Part shown: one piece after another, positions 31,621-40,900 of the stretch
How positions within the stretch are numbered: position 1 is the first letter of the stretch
Layout of the letters: each line of letters starts with the position of its first letter
Source: Candidatus Nomurabacteria bacterium
Lineage (GTDB): Bacteria; Patescibacteriota; Minisyncoccia; Phycocordibacterales; UBA918
NCBI GenBank assembly: GCA_023898565.1
Contig: CP060228.1
Span: 776,930 to 840,929, forward strand
Length of the DNA: 64,000 nt
Direction: 5' to 3'
The notes under the pieces: model-generated
The model's database searches: none
Told to the model about the DNA's origin: nothing
What the model saw: the letters and a program-made list of their open reading frames with translations, nothing else
Made by a program: the position numbers and the translations under genes

Positions 31621-31657
31621 AAAAAACCCTATCTCCCACCACGAGAAGGGTTTTTTG
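31621..31657 (+). terminator. Rho-independent (potentially bidirectional) terminator
   Basis: AAAAAACCCT pairs perfectly with AGGGTTTTTT around a 16-nt loop. An A-tract lies upstream and a T-tract downstream. Confidence 0.8.
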
Positions 31658-31707
31658 CTTGTGTACAGAGCGGATTATTTGTAAATGAGGTTGCTATACT
31701 GTGTGTA

Positions 31708-32778
31708 ATGAAACGAGGTACGTATTTGTTTTTTCTCGCCAGTTTTTTCTGGATGTTGTCATCAACTAACGTTTACGCGGCTTCACTATATATTGACCCG
31801 GGCACTCCAACATTACATAGCGGCGACTCGGCGACACTCGCGGTGAGACTTGATGTAGATGAAATGGCAGAGGAGTGCGTTAATGCCGTGAGTGCAGTGA
31901 TTAGCTACCCAACCAATATTGAACCAGTAGACGTTTCGATTGGCGAATCAATTTTTTCGATGTGGGTAGAACAGCCTACTATCAATCGAACGGAGCGAAC
32001 AATAACTTTCGCTGGCGGCATTCCAAATGGATATTGCGGCCGAGTAATTGGAGACCCGCGACTCAGTAATATTCTCATGAAGTTAGTTGTAATGGTGCCG
32101 GGTTTTTCAATTGGTGGTGCTGCTGATAGTAATATCGCTGAAATTTACTTTACAGACGAGAGTCTTGCGTATCTCAATGATGGACAAGGTACTGCTGTGC
32201 CGGTTGAAAGCTATCCATCAAGAATTTCAATTATCAGAAAGCCAGGTGCAGAATTACAGAACGCGTGGCAAAAAGAAGTTGATGCAGACAGGGTTTTGCC
32301 TGAAGAATTTAGCATCTCACTACAGCGTGACGAAAAGGCTTTTTCTGGAAAGTACTATATCGTCTTCAACACCTCAGACAAGCAAACTGGTATTGATCAT
32401 TATGAGGTTATTGAGGAGCCTATGAGTCAATTTGGTGCATTTCAATGGGGAAGAGCAGATGCGCCATGGATTACAGCGCGGAGTCCGTACGTACTAAAAG
32501 ACCAAAGTCTAAACAGTATTGTTAGGGTTAAGGCGGTGGACAAAGCAGGTAATGAGCGTATTGCAAATCTTCTGCCGGACGAAAGTATGCGTACGATGTC
32601 ATACTCACAAATTATAACGATTGCCGTTGTAGGAGCTTCACTCGTGTTAATGTTGCTGCTTCTTGTTGGTGGCCTGCTCTATGTTAAACGTAAGCGTCAA
32701 AAGCGAGTGAGTGAGAATGAGTTAGCTGCTACTCCAGATCAAAATGATGAGCGTAACAAGGATGAGTATGATGTATAA
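31708..32778 (+). CDS. Membrane-anchored protein with a cohesin-like domain (signal peptide, cohesin-like beta-sandwich, C-terminal TM and charged tail)
   Basis: The cohesin-like block is 'SLYIDPGTPTLHSGDSATLAVRLDVDE...VSAVISYP...'. The C-terminal TM is 'IAVVGASLVLMLLLLVGGLLYVKRKRQKR'. Confidence 0.55.
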   Translation: MKRGTYLFFLASFFWMLSSTNVYAASLYIDPGTPTLHSGDSATLAVRLDVDEMAEECVNAVSAVISYPTNIEPVDVSIGESIFSMWVEQPTINRTERTITFAGGIPNGYCGRVIGDPRLSNILMKLVVMVPGFSIGGAADSNIAEIYFTDESLAYLNDGQGTAVPVESYPSRISIIRKPGAELQNAWQKEVDADRVLPEEFSISLQRDEKAFSGKYYIVFNTSDKQTGIDHYEVIEEPMSQFGAFQWGRADAPWITARSPYVLKDQSLNSIVRVKAVDKAGNERIANLLPDESMRTMSYSQIITIAVVGASLVLMLLLLVGGLLYVKRKRQKRVSENELAATPDQNDERNKDEYDV

Positions 32779-34537
32779 AACAAATCTTATAGTCAGTTTT
32801 GCAAAAAAAGCTGCTCTTCTTCTTGGGCTTGTTTTGGCATATTTCGTATGCTTCAGTGCAACGTCCTATGCTGCAACATTGAGCCTCTCGCCAAACACCG
32901 GTGTATACCCAGTAAACAGCACTTTTTCAGTAAGTGTGAGTGTTGCGCCTGATGGAAAATCAATTAATGCCGCTGAAGGGACGCTATCGTTCAATCCGCG
33001 CGAGCTCTCAGTCGTCTCTGTGAACCGTAGCAGCTCGATTTTTAATCTATGGGTGACGGAGCCAACGTTTTCAAACAGTGCAGGAACAATATCCTTTAGC
33101 GGTGGTTCACCGGCTGGTTACTCCGGTCGAAGTGGAACCATTATGACCATTACATTTCGAGCGGTAACTGCTGGCTCACCCCGGGTAAGTTTTAAGAACG
33201 GTTCGGTGCTGGCCAACGACGGTAAAGGTACAAACATCCTAACCGCAATGAATGGTGGCAGTTATACAATTCAAGCAGCCGTTTCAACACCAGTTCCGGA
33301 AGTAATTGAATATGTGGCGCCTGCCAATACACCAGCAGCTCCGAAGGTGACTTCTAGTTCTCATTCGGATAGCACAGGCTGGTATACAAACACCAAAGCA
33401 GAGCTTGCTTGGCTCGTGCCGGAGGGAGTGACTGCGGTACGGACACTGCTCGACGCAAACCCGAGTTCAATCCCAACTAAAGTGTACGAAGAAGCCGTCT
33501 CACACATAACCGTAGATGACTTAGATGAAGGTGTGCAGTACTTCCATGTGCAGTTTAAGAACAGTGAAGGCTGGGGTAAGGTCGCACATTACCGCTTAGC
33601 AGTTGACACCGAAAAGCCTACTCGCATTGATATTTCGTTGGCGGCAGAGGCTGATTTGGCAAATCCTGTTCAGGTACTTAAAATAGACGTAAATGATGAA
33701 ACATCAGGAATTGAGAAATTTAAGATTAAGCTTGACGCAGACGACCCATTTGAAGTAACTGATTCAGTTGCCTCTGGCAGTGTGCGTTTGCCATCGTTGG
33801 AGCCGGGGTACCACACAGCAATTGTGGAGGCCTTTGATCAGGCTGGAAATAGCATCGTGGGCACGTTCTCATTTACTATCGCAGCGTTTGATCGCCCAAT
33901 TTTTACTGAATATCCAAGTGAAGTTAGCGAACAAGTTATTCCTGTTATAAAGGGTCAGACCAGACCGAATGCAGTAGTGGAGGTTTTTGTTACGAAGCTG
34001 GGGAGTGAGCCGCTATCCTATGAGGTGACTGCAAACGACAGAGGGGAGTTTACCTTTATTCCAGAAGGAAGATTTAGTCTTGGTGTGTATGAGCTTACGG
34101 CACGCGCCACAGACACTTTTGGGGCACAAAGTGAACTCTCAGATGTGGTGCGAATCGCTGTTCAACAGCCGGGCTTTGTTCGGATTGGTTCATTACTGGT
34201 AAGTGCTTTGTCAGTTTTGATACCGCTACTTGTCTTAATTGCCGTGCTGTTGCTTGGTGTGTGGTACTCGTTTATCTACGCACGCCGTTTCCGAAAAGCT
34301 GTTCGCGTAGAATCCATCGAAGCATTGCAAATCTTGAGGCGCGAGTTTGCTGACCTGCAAACTACCTTGATGCAGCAGTCACGTGTTATGGCCGAGTCGC
34401 GTCGAACAAAAAAACTAACAATCGCTGAAGAGTCAATGGTTGAGCTTTTTGCCGCAGCACTTCGCAATTCACAACAGAAAGTAGAGAGGGAAATTGTTGA
34501 TATCGCGGACCTTACAAATAAGTCAGATAAGAAATAA
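32768..34537 (+). CDS. Membrane-anchored protein with an N-terminal cohesin-like domain, Ig/FN3-like domains, a C-terminal TM and a cytoplasmic tail of about 100 aa
   Basis: The cohesin-like block is 'TLSLSPNTGVYPVNSTFSVSVSVAPDGKSINAAEGTLSFNPRELSVVSV'. The TM is 'LIPLLVLIAVLLLGVWY'. Its start overlaps the previous stop (ATGTATAA). Confidence 0.55.
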   Translation: MMYKTNLIVSFAKKAALLLGLVLAYFVCFSATSYAATLSLSPNTGVYPVNSTFSVSVSVAPDGKSINAAEGTLSFNPRELSVVSVNRSSSIFNLWVTEPTFSNSAGTISFSGGSPAGYSGRSGTIMTITFRAVTAGSPRVSFKNGSVLANDGKGTNILTAMNGGSYTIQAAVSTPVPEVIEYVAPANTPAAPKVTSSSHSDSTGWYTNTKAELAWLVPEGVTAVRTLLDANPSSIPTKVYEEAVSHITVDDLDEGVQYFHVQFKNSEGWGKVAHYRLAVDTEKPTRIDISLAAEADLANPVQVLKIDVNDETSGIEKFKIKLDADDPFEVTDSVASGSVRLPSLEPGYHTAIVEAFDQAGNSIVGTFSFTIAAFDRPIFTEYPSEVSEQVIPVIKGQTRPNAVVEVFVTKLGSEPLSYEVTANDRGEFTFIPEGRFSLGVYELTARATDTFGAQSELSDVVRIAVQQPGFVRIGSLLVSALSVLIPLLVLIAVLLLGVWYSFIYARRFRKAVRVESIEALQILRREFADLQTTLMQQSRVMAESRRTKKLTIAEESMVELFAAALRNSQQKVEREIVDIADLTNKSDKK

Positions 34538-35226
34538 TGAATATGAAAACAGCAATCAAAAATTGGTTTACCGTAAAGACTGTAGGTGCATGTTTGCTTG
34601 GAGTCTTGGTAATTTACTTTGCAACCACCGCGATCGTCGACGTTCGCCTTAGTGCTTATGAGCAGACGTCGCGGTTACAAATTGCAGATCAACAGACTGT
34701 TTTGCTTGCTATTGCAGAAGCTACTGGTAGAAACGGGGTAGACGTTGCAGGTGAGTCAATTATTCATGACTGTGCTGTAAACGAAAGGACGGAGTTTGAC
34801 AGTTTGCTCAGCCGCTTAAATGTTGGATTATCTCAAACTGAACTGATAACTTTAGAACGTCTATTCGGTCGTTGTGGTTCATTTTTTTCTGACCGAAAGT
34901 CTTTGATGTCCTCACGACTTACTCGAGAAATTGAAATATACGAAACGTACGTTACACAACTAAGTATTCTTTTAGGGGACAATCTAAGTGGAGCCTTTTT
35001 AGTTCAAAAATGGAAGGCGCTTGCGGCTGAGGAGGAGCGACAAAGCGAACTTTTTGGGAGACTGGTTGGCGCACAAGACAAAATAATCGCAACGTTGCTT
35101 TCTGGTAAGAGTGCAAATTCAGATGAAATCCAGGAAATTTTACAAGAAGCAAAAGAAATTCAAGAAACACTCCTGGTAGCAAATAAGCAAGCCTCAACCC
35201 TCCGTGCTGAGCTGGTGCCGCTCTAA
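34537..35226 (+). CDS. N-terminally TM-anchored hypothetical protein (229 aa), predicted helical/coiled
   Basis: The ATG overlaps the previous TAA (TAATG). The TM is 'VGACLLGVLVIYFATTAIV'. No recognisable domain was found. Confidence 0.5.
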   Translation: MNMKTAIKNWFTVKTVGACLLGVLVIYFATTAIVDVRLSAYEQTSRLQIADQQTVLLAIAEATGRNGVDVAGESIIHDCAVNERTEFDSLLSRLNVGLSQTELITLERLFGRCGSFFSDRKSLMSSRLTREIEIYETYVTQLSILLGDNLSGAFLVQKWKALAAEEERQSELFGRLVGAQDKIIATLLSGKSANSDEIQEILQEAKEIQETLLVANKQASTLRAELVPL

Positions 35227-35234
35227 ACTGGAGT

Positions 35235-35978
35235 ATGAACGCATTTATTCAGAAGTATCTTCTGCAGAGAAAAAGAAAAAGTACGAGAACGGTACGCTTC
35301 TTGTTCTCTGCAGTTTTCACCGCTGCGATGTTGCTTGGTGCAGCAGCAATCACGAGTACTTCTGATGTTTCGTATATTCGGCTCGCTACTTCTGCTGCCA
35401 CGGTTGAGTCAGGCCAACGTTTTTCAATTGATGTATACGCCTATGCTCACGTGCCTGTAAACGCCGTTGATATAACTCTTCACTTTGATCCAGATGCTGT
35501 CACCGTCCTTTCGGTTGACCGAGGTCAATCTGTGTTAACTATTTGGACTGAAGAGCCGGTGATTAAAAACGGCACAGTATCATTAAGCGGCGGTACGTTT
35601 AGGCGCGGGTTTGTTAAAGAGCACAAGATTGCAACTCTCGACATGGTGGCTAAAGAGACTGGTCAGAGCACGTTTAGCGTCTCAGACGTCATGCTTTTGG
35701 CGGGTGACGGCGCCGGTAGCCCTGTTTCAACAACTGAGACGGATAGCTCGTCAGTAAGCTTGTATGTGTATGACGAGAATACTTCTCCAGAAAACATAGG
35801 CGTAGACGTTAAAATTAAAGTGGTTTCCGACATTGATGGTGATGGAAAGGTTACATTGACTGACATAAGCGCATTTATGGCCGCTTGGCATAATAAAAAC
35901 ACACTTTATGACTTCAATAACGATGGCAAAATGTCCTTCCGAGACTTTTCGATCATACTGGCAAATTTCTTTTTCTAG
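35235..35978 (+). CDS. Protein combining a cohesin-like domain and a C-terminal dockerin-like domain
   Basis: The cohesin-like block is 'RFSIDVYAYAHVPVNAVDITLHFDPDAVTVLSV'. The dockerin repeats are 'DIDGDGKVTLTDISAFMAAW' and 'DFNNDGKMSFRDFSIILANF'. Confidence 0.6.
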   Translation: MNAFIQKYLLQRKRKSTRTVRFLFSAVFTAAMLLGAAAITSTSDVSYIRLATSAATVESGQRFSIDVYAYAHVPVNAVDITLHFDPDAVTVLSVDRGQSVLTIWTEEPVIKNGTVSLSGGTFRRGFVKEHKIATLDMVAKETGQSTFSVSDVMLLAGDGAGSPVSTTETDSSSVSLYVYDENTSPENIGVDVKIKVVSDIDGDGKVTLTDISAFMAAWHNKNTLYDFNNDGKMSFRDFSIILANFFF

Positions 35979-36001
35979 TGTGTAAGTCAAAATATGTTGA
36001 T

Positions 36002-36029
36002 AGCAGGACTCACAATTGTGAGTCCTGCT
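36002..36029 (+). terminator. Strong 12-bp hairpin (AGCAGGACTCAC-AATT-GTGAGTCCTGCT) with a weak T-tract, likely a terminator
   Basis: The perfect palindrome lies immediately after the stop at 35978. Confidence 0.5.
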
Positions 36030-36095
36030 TGGTATCATATGTATGTGGTATAGCCGCCACATCGGTACAACGTAGAGCGTGTTCTCAATACAAGA

Positions 36096-37949
36096 ATGAG
36101 CTCAAACCGAACTTTTTTTAATGGAGGAAGAAGCCACCAATCGTGGTTGTATTTTGCTGTATTTAGAAGTAATTTCTCACTCTTTTTAGTATTGTGTCTA
36201 TTCGGTTCGTTTTTACTGCAACCATTTCATAAAGTATTAGCAAATGAAGAGCTAGCTGCTGAAGTGGAAACCGTGGTGGTTCCAGTTGCGGACGATGTGA
36301 AGGTTCAAGAACGTTCTGATAACGAACAGCCTGAAGCGATGGGAGAAGCATCACAGAGCACTAGTGCTGTGTCAGACGAAGATGCAACAACTCCAAATAC
36401 ACACACCTTGTCTGTGGTAGATGACGTGAGCGATGACGCTGATGATGGTAGCCAAGCTGAAGAGCAGGAAAATCAATCAGGCGCTGAAGATTTGGCGGTA
36501 GATAGTGTATCAGGAACTGGTTCCGCTACAACAACAGATGACAGTCCTGTCGTACCAGAGACTGTCATTCCGCAAAACAACGCTTCTACAAGCATTCTAC
36601 AAGCGACTACGTCTGTGCTGGCAAGTGCAACAAGCACGGCCAGCCAAGCGGCTGAAACAAGCACAGAAGGTTCGGTTGATGGCGCTGACGACACAACGAC
36701 CGTTTCTACAGAAACAGACCCTGCTGATGTTTCAGATGACGAGGTTTCAGATTCTGGGGCAGAAGCTCCCTCTGAAGATGATGAGGCGGAACTTATCGTA
36801 GTGAATCACACAGATGATTCAACTGTGGAAAACGACCTGCCTGTAGACACCATTGAACCTGGCCTCACTTTGGATGGGCAGTATCTCGTTACCGATGATA
36901 ATTATTATCAGTTCAGCAGACAGTCTTGCGTCGCTGTTGGTAATGGAACCTATCACTGCAGTATTAGTTCTGAATTACCAGTTGATCAGCAGTCAACGGT
37001 GTACAGTGCGCGTGACGTCGATGGTGACATGGAGATTTTTTTGAAAACAAAACGTGGAGACATTGAACAGTTAACGAACAACGAACTCGATGACGCCTCG
37101 CCTCAACTAGACGCAGAGTCAATGCAGATTGTATGGCAGCGGTTCATTGATGGTCGGTATCAAATTATTTTGTATGACTTAAGAAGTCGTGAAGAGAGAC
37201 AGTTGACGTTTTCTCGTACCAACAACATGGAGCCAAAAGTTTCTAGTGAGGGCATTGTGTGGCAGGCGTGGGATGGTCATGACTGGGAGATTATGTATTT
37301 TGATGGATTTTACACGGATCAGCTCACCGATAACGCTGCACAAGATGTTGCGCCTGCAATTGAAGACGGTTATGTGTTGTGGAGTGTTCTAGGGAAAGAT
37401 CAACAAGAGGCTATGGTGTATTCTTTAGAGAGCGGTGAGAGTATGGCGATTGCAGGACATGAAGGGGGAGTAATTGAAAACCCTCGTTTTGTGCTGGTTT
37501 ATGACACAAAATTCGATAACGGTGACGTAGTGACGCAAGGATTTGACCCTGCTACTGGGCTTTCGGCTCCAATTGCTGCTAAGCCGGCCGAGGACCCAGT
37601 CGATATACCGGAGGCAGACCCGACCGGAGAGATTAGGGCTTTGATTCAGAACAAATCTGCTCAAAAGGAAAAGGACGTAATGCATACCACTCCCCAAACT
37701 GATTCACCAGATGGTGACTTAAATCTTGCAACCAGCACAGCGACTTCTACAGACATCTTAAATATTAAACAGATCCAATCTGACGCGGCTTCAGAGCCTA
37801 TGGCACCTGCAACTACATCACCAGCCGTTGACTTTGAGCTGACCGAATATGACTTAGTAATCGTTCCGACTACTACGCCAAGCACGATAAAAGTAGACAG
37901 TGTCGCCAATGTGGTCGTCTCGACAACCTCATCAAGTACACAACCATAG
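36096..37949 (+). CDS. Secreted or anchored protein with a long acidic D/E/S/T-rich region and PD40/TolB-like beta-propeller repeats
   Basis: The signal/anchor is 'FSLFLVLCLFGSFLL'. A low-complexity acidic stretch spans about 36300-36850. The repeats are 'DVDGDMEIFL', 'IDGRYQIILYD', 'WDGHDWEIMYFD' and 'EDGYVLWSV'. Confidence 0.6.
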   Translation: MSSNRTFFNGGRSHQSWLYFAVFRSNFSLFLVLCLFGSFLLQPFHKVLANEELAAEVETVVVPVADDVKVQERSDNEQPEAMGEASQSTSAVSDEDATTPNTHTLSVVDDVSDDADDGSQAEEQENQSGAEDLAVDSVSGTGSATTTDDSPVVPETVIPQNNASTSILQATTSVLASATSTASQAAETSTEGSVDGADDTTTVSTETDPADVSDDEVSDSGAEAPSEDDEAELIVVNHTDDSTVENDLPVDTIEPGLTLDGQYLVTDDNYYQFSRQSCVAVGNGTYHCSISSELPVDQQSTVYSARDVDGDMEIFLKTKRGDIEQLTNNELDDASPQLDAESMQIVWQRFIDGRYQIILYDLRSREERQLTFSRTNNMEPKVSSEGIVWQAWDGHDWEIMYFDGFYTDQLTDNAAQDVAPAIEDGYVLWSVLGKDQQEAMVYSLESGESMAIAGHEGGVIENPRFVLVYDTKFDNGDVVTQGFDPATGLSAPIAAKPAEDPVDIPEADPTGEIRALIQNKSAQKEKDVMHTTPQTDSPDGDLNLATSTATSTDILNIKQIQSDAASEPMAPATTSPAVDFELTEYDLVIVPTTTPSTIKVDSVANVVVSTTSSSTQP

Positions 37950-37991
37950 CATGGTTTTTGCTTAATTTATCTTGTAAAATATAGATAATTT

Positions 37992-40900
37992 ATGTTGTGG
38001 AGGAAACGCTTTTGGAGTCGGTGTATTGTTCCTGTGGCTGGATTGCTGCTGGCCTTAGTGTGGGTAGAAGCAATTCGCTTCGCTGTTCCACTTGACCGGC
38101 TGATTTCGGTATTTACCCTCGTCCAGGCGGCAGAGGTTACTATCGACAGTGCCGTAAGCACTACCCCCACTGAGCATCATATTTTGGGATCACAGACAGT
38201 TTTTGTGAGTGATCAGGTTGGCTATAAGTTTTATACTAACAGCAATGGTACTTGTGTGTACAACAAAACAAGCAATGGTGGCACGAGCTGGGGCACAGAA
38301 GTTACCTTCGATAGCCAGACCGACTGTTGGGGAGTAGTGGTTTGGTACGATCAGTGGACTGCCGGCGACACTGGGAATTACATCCATATCATCAGCGCAG
38401 ATAGCAGCAGCGACGTTGTTTGGTACAACCGTCTAGACACCACATCTGATACGCTGTTGCTCGGCTCAACTCCAGTAAATGTCTCATCAAACTCTGGTCA
38501 AACCGGCACACTTGCAACGGCTGCTAACAACCCAAGTATCACAAAGGCTACTAATGGCGTACTGTACATTGCCATTGCAGACAACACTGATAGTTATGTC
38601 GTTGAATGTTCTGCGAGTTGTGGCTCAGCAACCAGTTGGACAGAAACTGGCACAAACCCCATGGACCTGCAGCCAGACAAGTCACTCATCTTGCCGCTTG
38701 CAGACGGAGATATAATTCTCATTCAACGAGATCGGTCCGCAGATGATATGCGCAGCAAAATTTGGGATGATAGCGCCGGTACCTGGTCGGGCACTTGGAC
38801 GATAATCGATGCGAACGCTATTGAAAACAGCACCTACGATCCTTCTTTTGCCGCTATGGCAGATCCTGATTCGGGAGATATTTTTTTAGTGTATATAGAC
38901 AACGGGACAACGGGCGCGATTGGTGGAGGCAATGACAACATCAGAACGGCCAAATATTCAGGGGGTTCGTGGACCAATACTGCCAACGTGGTTACCAATA
39001 GCGCAATGGGTCTGACAAAACTCTCAATGGCGATGGATGGAAATAATTCTGAGATTTATGTTGCCTTTTCTGCGCGAGTCACTCCAGGCACGGCAAACAC
39101 AGCAAATATCTATTGGGCAACATCGACCGCTGCCATGAGTTCATGGGGGTCTGTGCAAGGCCCAGTCAACAGCACACCAGACGATATGTACGGAGTTGAT
39201 CTCAACAACTACAACAAGGAGCGCATTTATGTTTCATGGTATCAGCCAGCAATCGATGACATCTTAGGTGACACAATCGCGAACATTTCACCGATTACCG
39301 TTGTTAGTTCATTTGGTACTCAGAGTAGTGAAGTCAGGGCAAGTAGTACGGATACGTATATTGGTGGAGGCTTTGCAATCGTTGAAAATTCAGCTAGTCG
39401 AAATGTTACCGACATCATTATTTCGGAGAACGGCAGTGTTGATGCTGCAAATGCTCTAGACAACATTAAGCTCTACTACGACCTCGACACCAGCGCGCCG
39501 TACGATTGTGCGAGTGAATCATACAGCGGTACTGAAAGTCAGTTTGGTAGTACGGACACCAATGGCTTTTCCGGAGCAGATGGCGTTTCTGCTTTTACTG
39601 GCTCGGTCGGTATTTCTCCGACGACGGCAATGTGTGTGTATGTTGTCATGGACGTGCTTAAAGTAGCGGTAGACGGCAGTACACTGGATGTTGAGATTTC
39701 CAATCCAGCCACTGACGTGCTTGTGAGTGGAAGCGTGACGGCCGTGCCTCCGACTGCTCAGCAAATCGGCGGCACTACAAATATTGTTGACTCAGACTTA
39801 ACACAAACTCATTATCATTGGCGTAATGACGATAATATTGAACTGCTGGCAACTTCTCGAACGGGTGGTGCAGAGGACATTCCGCTGACAGCGCTGCAAA
39901 AAGAAACACCAGTACGTCTGCGTTTTGGGGTCTCCAACGAAGGGTCAACCACGACACTTCCAACAACATTGCGACTCGAATATGCAACCAATCCCTCAGT
40001 CTGCTCAGCTGCAACGGGGTGGACAGATATTGATGTGGTGGATGATGCTTGGAACTTGTATGATTCGACATACGTGGTAAACGGTACGGATACTACAGAT
40101 ATAAGCGTCGCCTCGGGAGGCGTAGACAATGAAAATAGTGTTTTCCTAACTCCAAACGGCGGACAGCTCGACACTTCCTCTGAAACAGGTTCGCTTGCTT
40201 TCTTGCCAACAAATTGGACGGAGGTTGAATATGCAATTGTTGCCTCAAGCTCTGCACAAGAGGGTGATGGCTACTGTTTTAGACTAACCAATGCAGGTGA
40301 ACCATTACCGCAATACAATACCTATCCATCGGCCGTCATTGCGGCAGATGTGCGCGTGCGTGCTACAAGTACCCAGATAGCTGCAGCCGACATACCAGCG
40401 GATAACGTGTACTTGGGTGGCGCATTTACTATTACGGAAAACAGCTCGGCGAGAACGGTGTCTGGAATCACAATCACTGAAAATGGCACTGTTGATGCTT
40501 CTGCTGGTCTGGCGAATATTCGTTTGTATTATGATCTCGACACCAGCGCGCCGTACGATTGTGCGAGTGAATCATACAGCGGTACTGAATTTCAGTATGG
40601 GGCAACCTCAAGCGCATTTAGTGCGGCAAATGGCACGTCCACTTTTAGTGATGCTGTTGGTATTACCACCACGCAAACGATGTGTGTGTACGTTGTGGCG
40701 GATGTTACAGAAACCGCTCAAAATGGAGAGAATATAAACATTTTACTTGCTTCACCCGCAACCGACATTGTGGTGTCAGGCGGGGGCACGGTCTCTCCAT
40801 CAACGCCGCTTGATATAAATGGCTCAACAACATTGGCGGGAGCAATCGTCACACAAACTGGATATCATTGGCGCTATGATGACGGTGACGAAACCTCCAG

